Shown: positions 37,901 through 51,370, counted from the first letter of the whole stretch. The stretch is DNA of 63,353 nucleotides, filler included, from Octopus bimaculoides (GCF_001194135.2; 5 parts of 5 records of this genome joined end to end with filler, not necessarily neighbours in it); one strand, 5' to 3'. Translations and numbers: made by a program. The notes: a model not told the origin generated them from the sequence alone.

Positions 37901-39049
37901 GAATTTTATTGCATGAAGTTCTAAATAGTATCTTTTCAACATTTTAGCCTTGGAATAGCTGTGACCCAACAGGTCACGGGTGCTTCTAGTATATATATAT
38001 ATAAATGCCAATTACTCCCTCCGTATTTCACATCTCATCCACGCCATTTACTCAGAGTTAGATGAACTTGACTGTTGAGTGGTATGATGACGATAATGAA
38101 ATGTAAACTGACGACTTCTCACTTACCAGCCTGGTACTCTATCAACTCAATAATACACGTTCTCGGAAGAACACTAGTGTCTCTTTTAAATCTGGTTCAA
38201 AGGTTTTTTGTTTGTTTTGTTCTTGAATATACTGTCTACTCGGGGCGTGGTTCTTCCCATTTTACGTTGTCTTTGGTTGATATTTATCTCCAGATATGCT
38301 TCCGTCAAAGCAGTGTAATGATCAAAGCACTATTATTCAATGTGTCTTTTTGTTTTTCTCGTGAGACAGAATTTGATTTGAGGAAGTTTGGTCTGGTATT
38401 TCTGAGGTTTAGCAGCCACGATTTGAGGAAAATTGAGCTACTAATTCTTGAAATTCGATACGCTTCCTCGTTTACTTGCCTACTAGTTGTAAATTTCAAC
38501 CGGTCAGTAGTGAAAATATTTGCAGGTGCTCTGACTCCAATTCTAGATGAACTGAGACAATACAGAAAAGCAGATGTCATCAATCCGTGTTTACTGTGAC
38601 AGAATGCACATCAATGACACGTTTAAACTTGCTTAACAAACATTTAGAAAACAACCAACAAACTTTGTTACAATCTATCTTTTTCCTGTCTAATCAGATT
38701 GACCGTTTTCAGAATCCTGGAAGCTTGTTTGTTACAGTAATACAACTCCAGTCTCCAAGTAACTATTATAGCTTCTGTTTCTGGCAATACCACCGCTCTT
38801 GCATTTAGATTTATAATGAAGGCTGGCACGCTACTCTCATCAACCTTCTTTTTTATAATTAATTTGCATCTCTGTTGGTACCTCATGTAGAGAAATAATA
38901 TTGGAACTAGCCAGTTATGTGGCTGATCGATCTGCTAAAAACAATAGCAACAACAAAACTAAGTCTCCCTCAAACGTCAAACAACTGTCTTTAAAAAAAG
39001 AGGAGTTCATTTTGATAATATTGCCCTAGATACATAATTTAAGGTCATA

Positions 39050-39390
39050 ACTAGAATGTCTTTTGGTCATCAGTCGGTAAAATTACCTAAATTACTTAAA
39101 GCGATACAACAAAGTTAGAAGACATTAATGAGAATATCAGTCCATCTGAGTTTGTGGTTTAAAACCTTTTGGAGACTCTGAAGTTGAAATATAAAATAAA
39201 AAATATCACGAGAGATCAATGTCAAGAACAAAGAACTGATCAACGCGAAATGTTGGCTAGCTAACTATATGATTGACCATTAAACCTACGTAGTGTATAA
39301 GAACAACACTTCCAGTACCTGCAATTTCTCAGGTGGTGTACTACAAGGATACATCATATCACCTGCTCTTTTCAAATTTTATGCCTAATC
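39050..39390 (+). mobile_element. Decayed non-LTR reverse transcriptase fragment
   Basis: CWLANY..GGVLQGYIISPALFKFY resembles RT domain 4 (GVPQGxxxSPxLF). Confidence 0.6.
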
Positions 39391-40281
39391 GACGTCCTCA
39401 CACTTTCACAAAACATACAGGCTGCAGATGACACTGCTGCATCAAAACTTCAGCCCTATGTGAATCAAAGTTGAATGAATTGAAATAAACACGTTCCGAG
39501 CACAAAAAATGATTTAATATTAAAAACGAGTGAAAAAAAAAAATTTCCAAAATAGGCGAAAGCATGGTTGTAAGATTTGGAAGGTCATTTCCATCCACGC
39601 AATTTTCGGTCTAGTCCCACTGCATGACACCTGGGAGGGTGTCTNNNNNNNNNNNNNNNNNNNNNNNNNNNNNNNNNNNNNNNNNNNNNNNNNNNNNNNN
39701 NNNNNNNNNNNNNNNNNNNNNNNNNNNNNNNNNNNNNNNNNNNNNNNNNNNNNNNNNNNNNNNNNNNNNNNNNNNNNNNNNNNNNNNNNNNNNNNNNNNN
39801 NNNNNNNNNNNNNNNNNNNNNNNNNNNNNNNNNNNNNNNNNNNNNNNNNNNNNNNNNNNNNNNNNNNNNNNNNNNNNNNNNNNNNNNNNNNNNNNNNNNN
39901 NNNNNNNNNNNNNNNNNNNNNNNNNNNNNNNNNNNNNNNNNNNNNNNNNNNNNNNNNNNNNNNNNNNNNNNNNNNNNNNNNNNNNNNNNNNNNNNNNNNN
40001 NNNNNNNNNNNNNNNNNNNNNNNNNNNNNNNNNNNNNNNNNNNNNNNNNNNNNNNNNNNNNNNNNNNNNNNNNNNNNNNNNNNNNNNNNNNNNNNNNNNN
40101 NNNNNNNNNNNNNNNNNNNNNNNNNNNNNNNNNNNNNNNNNNNNNNNNNNNNNNNNNNNNNNNNNNNNNNNNNNNNNNNNNNNNNNNNNNNNNNNNNNNN
40201 NNNNNNNNNNNNNNNNNNNNNNNNNNNNNNNNNNNNNNNNNNNNNNNNNNNNNNNNNNNNNNNNNNNNNNNNNNNNNNNNN

Positions 40282-40340
<59 letters not shown>

Positions 40341-40374
40341 GCGCACGCGCACATAATACATGTAGCTATACGAC

Positions 40375-40810
40375 GGGCTTGTACACAGTTTCCATCTACC
40401 AGATTCACTCACAAAGCATTGCTCAACATGCGGCTATAATAATAGAAGACACTTCCTTTAAGTTACTGTACGGTGGGACTGAATCCAAATTTTTATGCTT
40501 AATCAAATTAATATGGTTTTCTATTTTCCAAACTTGTCCAACACCATAAGAATTATATAGATGCAAGTAATAGCAAAAATATTAAATGTTAGCTTACACT
40601 ATTAACTTATCTTTTATCTGTTTCAGTCATTAGACTGAGGCCATACTGGGGCAACCGTCTCCGAAACAAATCGACCTTGCTACCTATTGAACCTGGTACT
40701 TATTCTATCGGTGTCTCTTGTCAAACTGGTAAGTTACAGGGATGTAAACACACCAACACCAGTTGTCAAAGGGTAGTAGGTAACAAACACGGACACAAAG
40801 ATACACACAC
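40375..40810 (-). mobile_element. SINE family B pieces (head 40375-40490, 3' half 40610-40810)
   Basis: Motif matches to family B. Confidence 0.65.
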
Positions 40811-41599
40811 ACATATTTTATACATACATACATACATACATACATANNNNNNNNNNNNNNNNNNNNNNNNNNNNNNNNNNNNNNNNNNNNNNNNNNNNNN
40901 NNNNNNNNNNNNNNNNNNNNNNNNNNNNNNNNNNNNNNNNNNNNNNTGATAGTATAAAGCTATCTTCAGCCGCAAATATATTCTTTCCCAAGAATATATA
41001 TGACTTTTTCACAACCTAATAATCCTATACTGTAGTACGATGAATAATTTTATAAGATGAATAATTTTATAAGAGTCAGGAAACCAACATTTATTTTGCA
41101 TTATTTGAAAACAATGTCAACCCCAACTTAAGAAATTGATCACCACTTTTGATCCAAATCATGCAAAATTCTAGTGGGGTTCATAACGTATGCTCAAGTT
41201 TTTACCAAAACTTAGTGTGCTGATTCAATGCAATGTAGAAGTAGTATATCTGAAATTTCAGCTTTCTAGTTGAAGTAGTTTCGGAGTTATGGGCTTTTTA
41301 AGCTATGATCACTAGGTGGCACTAGATTCACACTTCAGTATTTCCGCTGCCAAAATCCTTGTAAACGCAAGAGAGAAGTGGAATAAAAGTGTATTTATAC
41401 ATTTTAAAGATTACTGAATTGAAATTGCTCTATGCAAAGGTTCAAAACTAGGCTATTTTAAGACAGAGGTTACTACAAGCATTCGATAACATACAAAAAA
41501 TATAACAATACGCATTTTTAACTTTATAGGCATAATTCCAATTTTGAATAACTGTATAAGAAAAAGAGTGCTGAATGTTAGCAAATTTTTAAATATAAC

Positions 41600-42450
41600 A
41601 AAGTATTAATATGTTTTGTTAGATAAAATAAATCGAAGCTGAGGTTTCTCTTTCGTTTTACAAACATCATAAATATCTTGAAGGTACTTGATTGCCCGTT
41701 CTGCACTCTGATTTGTTCTGGGAATTTCCAGTTTTGATGGTTCTCAACTCGAAAAGTTTTTTACAGAGTTCAATGCTTTTTTTATGAACTTGCAGGCTAC
41801 CACATAACTTCTGATAATCATGTGCACTGAAAATTTGGTCAGTAAACCAAAAATCTGCCCAGCTGTAAGAGCTGAGACGACAAACATTGAGAAGCAAAAC
41901 TCTTTTCTCTGGTAGAAGAATAAATGTCAAAAGAGCTAGTTTTGCTCGAGAATTCCATCTTGCATTACTTAAGTTGGGTATATTTTGAAACTTTACAGTT
42001 GGAAATTTGTCGGTTTCGTCAAAGAAACGAAAAACTCTGGTCAAAGAAATAGAGATTTCATGTCATCTCGCCATCCTGCTGATTCAGTAATCTTTTTTAC
42101 ACCATTGTTGAAATTAGCCTGGAGTTTCTCGTAATTACTTAGAAACTCTGGGATGAATATATATTCAATATTGGGAGACAACTTTTTTTCTTCAAGTTCG
42201 TTAGCCATTACAACACGAAGAACTCCATCAAGGATATGATACTGATACCAATAAATTGCGGTTCTTTCAAACCCTTTTGAGCAAACAGTCTTTGCAACTG
42301 AATGACAAAGCCACTTTCCCCCAGTGTTCACACTCGTTATATCAGCGACAATCATCCATAAATTGTATTCATCTAAAACAACTGTTATTCCTTTCACAAC
42401 TGTATTGGATTTTCCGTTTGGTAATTAGAGGGCTTGTAACTTAACTTCTC
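41600..42450 (-). mobile_element. Decayed hAT-like DDE transposase (possibly hATm group)
   Basis: Two ORFs overlapping at a frameshift (42041-42397 and 41667-42044): IVADITSVNTG (catalytic D), YQYHILD (degenerate CxxH), WRDDM and SNARWNSRA. Confidence 0.6.
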
Positions 42451-42534
42451 TCTGTTCATTCTTTAAAACTAGCATTTGGTATTCTTGGTCATCAATACGT
42501 TTAACATCAAAATGTAATGACCACGCGGAGTAAA

Positions 42535-42700
42535 TGGAACAGGGACAACTGAAGAAGAGAAATATTCTTTATGTTGCATGTCTCGTTTCTCTGTTTTTAC
42601 GTTGTTCGAAAAAAAGTTCGTTTTCTGTCTTCGTCTTTATGTTTTCGTTTCTCATTGTGTTTAACGTTTTTAGTTATGCCCTGTACTCATATATGCATGT
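42535..42700 (+). mobile_element. GTACCCATATAT-end family copy
   Basis: GGGACAACTGAAGAAGAG..TATGTTGCATGTCTCGTTTC..CCCTGTACTCATATATGCATG. Confidence 0.65.
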
Positions 42701-42861
42701 ATATATACATATAAATGTAGGTATGTACATATATGTATGGATGTATGTATATGTTTATATATTATTTATGTTATTATATATATATATATATAAGANNNNN
42801 NNNNNNNNNNNNNNNNNNNNNNNNNNNNNNNNNNNNNNNNNNNNNNNNNNNNNNNNNNNNN

Positions 42862-43336
42862 ATATATGATGGCTTATAAAACACACGAGTGCATAGGACG
42901 CACCCTAGCCTAGGCTATACTTTTGTAAAATAAATTACCACTAAAATAATGTTTTAATTCCTCCACTTACCTGTATAACTTCATGTTATGACCGGTAATT
43001 ATAAGCAATTTATTGCATCTACATTCGATATAAACATACTGTTGGCAATTGTTCACCATTAGATGGCAGCACACGTTTTGTAAACATATATACCTTAGGC
43101 GATTGGGAACGCCCTGCTATCCACGAACCCTCCCTCCTCTGATGTTACTATGTTGTTCTTTCTTGTAAAATATAGTATAGGCTACATCTACGCGACCTCT
43201 GATATATAGTTTCGGACGCGACCTCTGATATATTGTTTCGGGCGCGACCTCTGATATATAGTTTGGACGTAGGGGGATTTTAAAAGCCATTTTGGGGTAA
43301 AAAAAAAAGGTACGTCTTATAGGCCATCAAATACGG
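42862..43336. mobile_element. Tc2/pogo-like MITE with an internal 26-bp tandem repeat x3
   Basis: Right end CGTCTTATAGGCCATCAAATACGG|TA; left end GATGGCTTATAAAACAC just after the gap; units ACGCGACCTCTGATATATAGTTTCGG at 43190-43266. Confidence 0.65.
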
Positions 43337-43349
43337 TATATATGTATAT

Positions 43350-43570
43350 ATATGTGTGTCTGTGTTTGTCCGCCCCACTCCACATCATTGCTTGACAATC
43401 TGTGTTGGTGCGTTTACGTTCCCGTAATTTAGCGGTTCGGCAAAAGAGACCGATAGAATAAGTACTAGGCTTACAAAGAATAAGTCCTGAGGTAGATTTG
43501 TTCGACGAAAGGCGGTGCTCCAGCATGGCCACAATCAAATGACTGAAACAAATAAAAGAATAAATAAGTT
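43350..43570 (+). mobile_element. SINE family B, 3' half
   Basis: Near-consensus sequence. Confidence 0.85.
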
Positions 43571-44052
43571 AAAGAATAGATTAAAAAATGGTTGAGAATC
43601 CCTGGTTTACACCGTAAATTTCTCTCTTTCAGTACNNNNNNNNNNNNNNNNNNNNNNNNNNNNNNNNNNNNNNNNNNNNTTAATTAATTAANNNNNNNNN
43701 NNNNNNNNNNNNNNNNNNNNNNNNNNNNNNNNNNNACTAAAAAACGGTAGTATAGTTGTAATCTTAAAACGCCAAATTAGTTGAAAAACAGCTGTTTAAA
43801 TTCAAGATAATATTCTGCTTTTCTCCATTGAAACAATTATTTTATTATAAATCTTATTCTATCAATGGTCGTGAATCATTTATACTGTTTTGTTTACTCA
43901 AAGCAAATTAAATTTTTTTTAATATAAATTTATACTCCGTTGCTTTTAAAAATATTGCTAAAAATGTTTGCTAATGAAATATGTCTTAATTTTTACTAAC
44001 AAATTACATAATTAGAAAACTTTTATGTGTGTTATTATTAATCAATTTTTTA

Positions 44053-44260
44053 AGGTGGTGAGCTGGTAAGATTGTTAGCACACCAGATGCAATGCTTAGT
44101 GATATTTCATCCGTCTTTACATTCTGAGTTCAAATTCTGCTGTGTCCAACTTTGCCTTCCATCCTTTCAGGATCGATAAAATAAGTACCAGTTGAACACT
44201 GGGGTTCATGTTCCAACCCCTCAAAATTTCAGATCCTTTTAAGGCCAATAAAATAAAGTA
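44053..44260 (+). mobile_element. SINE family A, diverged
   Basis: Head, B-box and core motifs. Confidence 0.75.
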
Positions 44261-45464
44261 TGAGTCAAGTGCTGGGTTGATGAAATCAACTTAAATTACT
44301 GGCTTTGTGTCAAAATTTGAACGATTGGGTGGGGGTGGGGAGATGGTGTTTTCAGGATTATAAAAACATTTCTAAATTTCATTTTGCTAAATTATTCAAC
44401 AGTAGAATTGCAAAATTTGCAGAATAACAACCAACAAGCCTTACTGTATTTAGGTCCTACCTTTAAAATCTAAGGTCAAATCCCTCCAATGTCAACTTTG
44501 TCTTTCATTCTTCTAAGGTCAATAAAATAAGTATCAGTCGAGTATCTAATCAACTATATACATCTCTTTGTGTATATGCCAGGAATCTGTAATTTTCCCA
44601 TTCAAGATTTTTTATTGCTTTTGTATTGTAATAACGATAGTCTCTCAAGCCTCAGAAAGACAGTTCTGCAATTTCTTGCCTGAACAACCTGCACACATGA
44701 CTTGTTTATAGTGATTAAATATTTGTGCTGTACTCACTCCATCAAATTAACATTGCTTGTACAATTCCACAGTGTACCACATGTCAGATATCAAGATGAT
44801 CGCTTTTGTATTATAACTGCCTTAATGTGTGTTAGAATTGGGGCTTAAATAGACTGGACTAACTTTTAGTCGTACATTTTTATATAGATGCAATATTTTT
44901 ACCAACTATTTATAATGGGTTTAAATAAGAGTCCAATTTTCATAATTCATTACATCCACGATTCTGCATTCAGAAAACCTCATACAGAGATAATTTACAA
45001 GAATGTAGTACAGTAACATAACATTTTGAATTGTTTACATATCTGAAGATAAGTGTTCTTTTGAAACGAGCTCTGTATTACATACTCTTGTAGCCTGTAG
45101 GCATGCCTAGAACTCAGTACTTTTTTTTGTTCATAATTGTAAAGAAAGAATAAATGGGTTTATACAAAAAAGAAAAACGTCTCTTTAATTTTTTAAAAAT
45201 CTGTTTTGTTGTTTCCTTCTGATGTATAATAGTTTACTTTTAGCACTTTAGAACACCAAACTGCCTGAGTCAATATGGGAGACTCCACTTGGTGGGCCAA
45301 CCTGCTAGAAATAGCAAACAATTCTTCCTCAAATCACGCCTGATCAATAACACTGAGTAGTGTCATAGGTATATGATGAAAGTGCAAGGAATATTAATGC
45401 AGTGTATGGGGATCAGACAATAAGTGTAAGCCAGCATCAATAGTAGTTCCAGAAATTCCAAGCC

Positions 45465-46361
45465 AGAAACTACATCCTAGAAAACAAGCCTTGTCCTAGA
45501 AGATCTGCAGAGTTCAACAAGGACATCCTGCAAACCCTGGTGGAACAAAATCCCATCATAACTGTTGAGGAACTAGCTGAGAAGCTTGGATTTGGTCATC
45601 GACACCTGTGTGCCATCAGCAAATTGGGTCAATGGGCTCCTCACAAACTTTCTGGGTTTAATCATGCACCGAGAGTGAATGTGGGCTCTTCTTTGCTGTG
45701 ATGTCTCACGAATGAACCCTCTTGTGATCGAATAGTGACTGGTGACAAGAAATGGGTTCTCTATAAAAATATAAAGTGCCAAAGATAGTGGGTAGGGAAA
45801 GGAGAAACTCCAGCACCCCAGGCTCGAGAAGGTCTTCAGCCATATAAGGTATTGTTGTTCGTTAGGTGGGATATGAAAGGTTTAGTCCACTTTGAACTGT
45901 TAAACCCAAACTAAATGATAACAAAAGAGATCTGCAAACAGCTTGACAAGCATCTTCGGTTTCAAGACGAAAGATGTTCTTCCATCATGATAATAATTGG
46001 CCAAATACAGCAAGGATGACATTCCAAAGGCTGGAGCAGTTTGAATGGGAAACGATGCCCCACCCACCATATTCGCTGGACATTGCCCCATCTGATTATC
46101 ATTTAGTCTGCAGTTTTCAAAATCATTTGGATGGAAAAATATGAATTCTGTAGACAAAGTCAGAACAGTACTGGAAGAATATTTTTCATCACAGACAAGT
46201 GAATTCTAGAAGAGGGGACTTATAAGTCTACCAGATAGATGGAAGAACATTGTAAAAAATAAAGGAGAGTATACTTTAGATTAAAAAAAAAACTTTGTTT
46301 ATCTTAATTTTGAAAATGAAAGAAGTATAAAAAAATGCATTCTTTATGGGATGACCCAATA
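45465..46361 (+). mobile_element. 5'-truncated mariner (DD34D) relic
   Basis: WAPHKL, RIVTGDKKW, HHDN and HPPYSLDIAPSDYHL with exactly 34 residues between the last two Asp; 3' TIR ..TTATGGGATGACCCAATA followed by TA; stops and frameshifts present. Confidence 0.92.
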
Positions 46362-47119
46362 TATATATAAGCCCTTACTCCAGCTGAAATTGAACACAAC
46401 TTTGGTTTTCAGTTGGGTTAATAAGGAGGAGGGCCAAAGGGATGTCTATGTCTGCTCATGGCTATACAAACACCTAAAACAACGAAAGTTTGTTATATGT
46501 TACCAAATCAAACACATTTCCAAGTGATGGTTACAGTTTGTGAAGAATTATAAAAGTTGCTACAAAAACAAGGCCTTACTGATAAACTCTCATGGTGATG
46601 CCACATCCATAACACAGCTAAAAAATGTATTCCAAAGAATACCTTTGCTTTTCTGAGCCTGAAAATAAGTGTCCCAAACTATAATGCTCGGGTGATATCT
46701 AGAATGGTATACTACTTCGACTTCTGTTAATTACACAAACATCCTAGACTTCATCTAAAAGAAAGTACTTACTCATCAGCACACTCCCACATCTTGCTTT
46801 CCTTACAACAGCTGACTACTTGCATACCAGCCCCAGCTACAGATTAACCACTGTACTCGATCCCTCCTCCCTGAAAGTTGAAACCTCTCAAATTCCCTGT
46901 CCACCTATCTGGACATAAGCCATATCAATGTCACCAATCTCACAAAGCTTTAGTGAGTAAAGCCCAACCCTCCTCACTAAAATCATTAAATTTGGTTTTT
47001 TTGATACGTCCGACACCTCATCTTATGATGTTTATGAAGAATATGAGAAACTGAAATATGGATTCAATTCAGAAGAAACCAGTTATATGAACAGTTTCTG
47101 TTTTTAACCATAAGGTATG

Positions 47120-47290
47120 AATGTCAATAGCATCATCAGTTTTACATCTATTTTCCATGGTGGCATGGGTTAGATGTTTGACTAGGACCTAATATTTTAT
47201 TCTATGATTTCTATGGTTGGAAGCTCTTCTTAATGCCAACCACTTTACAGCATAGTGGGTGCTTTTTTTTCATTCTACCAACACTAGTAA
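47120..47290 (-). mobile_element. Degenerate RTE-type tail/SINE fragment
   Basis: Reverse-complement similarity to 55955-56095. Confidence 0.5.
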
Positions 47291-48322
47291 GATTGCCTTG
47301 TAACTTGCAAAACTAAAGAACCCCATTAACCAAGAAGGAGAATAATAGTAGTTGCTTTGTCTGAAGCATTGAGATTTTAAGATATCATTCGAGGAATAGG
47401 AACAGGTTTATTGGGGAGGGGNNNNNNNNNNNNNNNNNNNNNNNNNNNNNNNNNNNNNNNNNNNNNNNNNNNNNNNNNNNNNNNNNNNNNNNNNNNNNNN
47501 NNNNNNNNNNNNNNNNNNNNATTCGTGACGACTATTCCTGGATTGGAGTAGTTGGAGTGGTACTAGTAGTTAAGAAGCTTGCTTTGTAATTATTTTGGTT
47601 CTGGGTTCAATACCACTTTACAGTACATTGAGTAAATGCTTTTACCATGGCTGTAGGTTAGCCAATACTTTCTGAATGGAGTATAGAAGATGGAAACTGT
47701 GTAAAAGCCTACCATGTATTTTGCGTGTGTGTGTGTGTGTGTGTGTGTATCTCATTTACTGATAATATATTAGTGATATATAATGAAAAAAAAATGAAGA
47801 AAGTGGTGCTCTTAAAATTATGATCTTTGCAATATTTCTTCAGCACCAAATTAAAGATACTTCCTTGTCCTTCTCACCATCAAAACTATTAGGAACCAGT
47901 GTCTGGCCCATTAGAAAACCTATAAGCAATGGCATTGTAATTCATCAACTGAGATTTTTAAAAATGGCAATTTCCAATTTATCTCAGGCACTACATTGTA
48001 TTTTGGAGTAAAATGAATCATTCAACTAACTCAAATTATATTTTTTAAAATATGTATACTAATATTAAGATAAAGGGATTGGGATAAAAGCTTGTAAAAG
48101 AAACATCCTAAAAATAAAATTAAAAAAATATACAGATTATATGCCTTTGTCAATTAAATTCAAAGATAAGAATTAGGGTATCTGTGACAAAAAAAAAATT
48201 AAAACAATGGTATGCAATATTTCATTTCATTAAAGCATTATTTATAAGCAAATCTTATAGATGGTTGTGTTTTTTTATAGCCCAACCATATTTATCTGTG
48301 TACCCCTCTCTCTCAATATATA

Positions 48323-49215
48323 TATGCGTGGTCTGATCAATAACTATCCAAACTGTTGCCATAGTAACGAAGCTAAAGCATGCAGAGTAAAGCCGCTTGG
48401 TACAGATCGACCTTAAACTCTGTTGTGCATGTGCACTAAGTTTTAACATTGTAGCTCACTTCTGCTGTTTACAGCAGTACTTGGAAGAAAGGTGTGTAGC
48501 ATGTGATTGTCACATTGACAATGACAGAGAAAGTTAAGTAGAGAACCTGCACCAAATTTTGCCAAAAGCTTGCCAATACCTGCTCAGAGGCCTATGCAAA
48601 GTTTTCAAAAAGTTTCCATTGTACTTGACACAATCAAGATCTTGTACAACTGAAACCCATGAGTCTTTTTGGTCAGCTGAAAGCAGTTTTACCACAAACT
48701 TGGCAGACATGCATCTCATACCCAAATCTTCAGTGATAATGGACTGAACTGAACCATAACTAATCTGCACATCCTCTGATAATTCACGGATCGTGATTCG
48801 ATGATTTTCCCCTCACAGCTGCATGCACATCTGCAATGTTTTTCTCAGTTCTGCTGGTTGTGGTTCTCTCAAAACGTTTGTCAATATTGACATTTTTCCA
48901 GCCATCTTAGAAACATCTGAACCACTCGTACACTTGTGCGCAGCTCATACACTCCTCTCCATACACTTTCTGAAACTTTACGTAGGTCACTGAGCAGGTA
49001 TTGCCATGACAACTTTCTCTGTCGTGGTCAATGCAACAATCACATGCTACACACCTTTCTTCCAAGCACTGCTGTAAACCACAGAAATGAGCTAGAATGT
49101 TAAAACTTAGTGCACATGCACAGCAGAGTTCAAGGTCAATCTTTGCCAAGCAGCTTTACTCTGCATGCTTTAGCTTTGTTACTATGGCAACAGTCCAGAT
49201 TGATCAGACCTTGTA
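48323..49215 (-). mobile_element. Fold-back mariner derivative with two 5' ends
   Basis: Arms at 48323-48612 and about 48967-49215 are inverted copies; TA at both ends; minus strand encodes the transposase N-terminus (KVYGEECMSCAQVYEWFR; GSVQSIITEDLGMRCMSAKFVVKLL). Confidence 0.88.
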
Positions 49216-49581
49216 TATATATATGTCTGTATGTATATGTATCACATTCTTCTGAAGATCGGAAAAAAATCAGAATAACAATTGATAAAGATTTCAGCTT
49301 AATTCCACCAGGCTATCTTGCTCCTTTTTTGACACCTCATAAGAAGCATTTTGTAGTTGCCCAGTAACCCATAAAAGGTAACTGGAAAAGAAGTAAATAT
49401 ATGACAACAGGATCAGTAGTATGGCAAACAAAATGCCTTGTGATATTTAGTTACATCCTTATTCAGTCTGAGTTCAATATTTCCAAGATCAATAGGTACA
49501 TACTAATTTGATTTAACTCACTCCTCTGTCAAGATTTGTGACCTGTTAAAATTACATAATTACTTAATCCAAATGTAAATG

Positions 49582-49592
49582 TTTAATTTATT
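49582..49592 (-). terminator. Candidate polyadenylation signals of PET117 (AATAAA overlapping the stop codon, then ATTAAA)
   Basis: Minus strand reads TGAATAAATTAAAC. Confidence 0.45.
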
Positions 49593-49720
49593 CAGCTCTC
49601 TGCATTTTTAGCCTCTCGTTCATAGGCTCTTTTCAGTTCTGCCTGTGTTTGCAACATTTTCAGATTTTGAATTTTCTTCTGTTCCTTATTCATATCATTC
49701 AAAATGCCAGCCTTCATTTT
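49592..49720 (-). CDS. PET117: PET117 coding exon 2 (KMKAGILNDMNKEQKKIQNLKMLQTQAELKRAYEREAKNAES*)
   Basis: Acceptor ttcttgtattctggtttcag|, phase 0, matching exon 1. Open to TGA. Aligns to the PET117 C-terminal coiled coil (RLRDGVIRDIERQIRKKENIRLLGEQ-like). Spliced product is 74 aa. Confidence 0.88.
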   Translation of the reverse strand, partial: KMKAGILNDMNKEQKKIQNLKMLQTQAELKRAYEREAKNAES

Positions 49721-50299
49721 CTGAAACCAGAATACAAGAAAAAAAATTACATAGTTAAAATTTGACAATTATCAAATTGTTTCTTGAGTTAAAAAATACT
49801 AAAACGTATCTTTGTAACAAAACATCACATTAATAATCTCCCAATTACCCATTTTAAATCTTGTTAGCTGTTTTCCAATATGAATTACATGTTACATCCT
49901 GAAATAGATTTGAAGCTTTTGATAGTAGCCTGCCTCTATTTTGTAATGCAAATTATCTACTTTAATGTGTGTCTGTTTAATTTGAAACTTAGCATCATAG
50001 AACCTCTTGTAGAGACATATTCCAAACAATATTTAATATGATAACAATTATTTTACTAAATCCTTTTAAGTTGTCGATTTTCCAAAATTAATTGAAACAG
50101 GTAGACAATGTATTGCATTCAAAATGTGATTGCAAAAGAGTTAAGGTTTCAGAACATAGCTAACAGCTTAGAGTGTTCTTAATATAACTGTTTAACATAA
50201 GTCTACTCTTGGAAATCAGCATACACTTAATACAGCTTTAGAAGAATGGTTTCATGGCCTTGTCCTTTTATTCTTTAGCATTCTCATCAAGTTAAATTG

Positions 50300-51370
50300 C
50301 TGTGACTCTATGATATATAGCATAGTAGTAGTGATCAGTAGCAGAAAGATGAACCTCACAAAAAAAAAAAAAATTACAATTACTGCCAATTCCAGGATTA
50401 TTAATTTGTGCAGAATCTGTTTCTTCAGCCTCAGATTATGCTTATGAATGTTATTCCTCATACCTTGAGTAGAGGTTGGATACAGACGAACATTCTAGTT
50501 GTAGGCCTCTCGTGTTTTTCACAAAAATTTGCTCTAGTTACATTAGTGGGAGAATATCCCAAATGATACCAATTGGAACACTGCCCTTCTGCATTCCAAC
50601 TAAAGGATAACCCTAAGTGTTCAACTTTTGCTGCACAGGCTCAAGTGTCAATATGTACAGAAAAGGTAGACTAGGATAGCATTCAAACCAAGTACATAAT
50701 GCTATACATTGCAGAAATTCATTGTCAACAATTAGACCCAAATTGAGCCATCTCATAGATGTTTGCCAATTACAGTCAATGAGAGAAATGCCAGTGCCTA
50801 TAACTTCTCCAGGCTGCCAGGTCTCTGGTCTGAGGATAAATAACTCTTTTCTTCTCACCAGTCACAGAAGCTTTGAAAGAGCTTTGGATGCTGCCCTTTC
50901 TCCTCTTACTAAGCCATTAAGCAAAAATAATAATATTTCTGCATTCATATTTTACCAATAGTGTTTGAAAGACGTTAAATAGAAAAGAGAAGCAAAAAAG
51001 CGCTGCTTGCTTAGACGATAGAATGTCAAAGGTCTAAAGACCAGTAAGTAACAGAAATAATGGAAAGAGAGTGATTGTTATCTATAAACAATCTCGGTCA
51101 GCTCTGAATAATCCAATGACACGAGATGGGGGTAGGTGTTACGTTACTATTCAAGAAATCATTGGTTCAGTATCACAACCACTACTTGAACAGACTTGGG
51201 ACCTAAACAGTAGGGAAATGATCTATCTGGGGCAATTATTTTCTTAAACGGAGTAAGTAGGGTGTGGTAGGAGTTCCCGTGTATTGTGAGCAAACAGAAC
51301 CAAGTTAAATTGGAGGAAATATCTATCAGAACAACCTTAAATATCTTCCGGTCATTTCTAAGACTATAAC
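50300..51370 (-). mobile_element. Decayed L1/Tx1-clade LINE ORF2 fragments in the PET117 intron
   Basis: ECYPSLPFLYILTLEPVQQKL resembles QGCPLSPLLYxLxLEPL; a GLQL motif lies downstream; many stops. Confidence 0.5.

Noticed and set aside
41039-41072. 17-bp tandem duplication GATGAATAATTTTATAA x2
   Set aside because: Consistent with ordinary slippage or an excision footprint; no further structure.
43190-43266. 26-bp repeat x3 as a CRISPR-like array
   Set aside because: Units are contiguous with no spacers, lie inside a MITE, and the genome is eukaryotic.
43736-49590. KAT14/CSRP2BP exons downstream of PET117, as in the vertebrate arrangement
   Set aside because: No KAT14-like peptide was seen by eye; the region is mariner, SINE and AT-rich sequence. 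Short exons or exons in gaps cannot be excluded.
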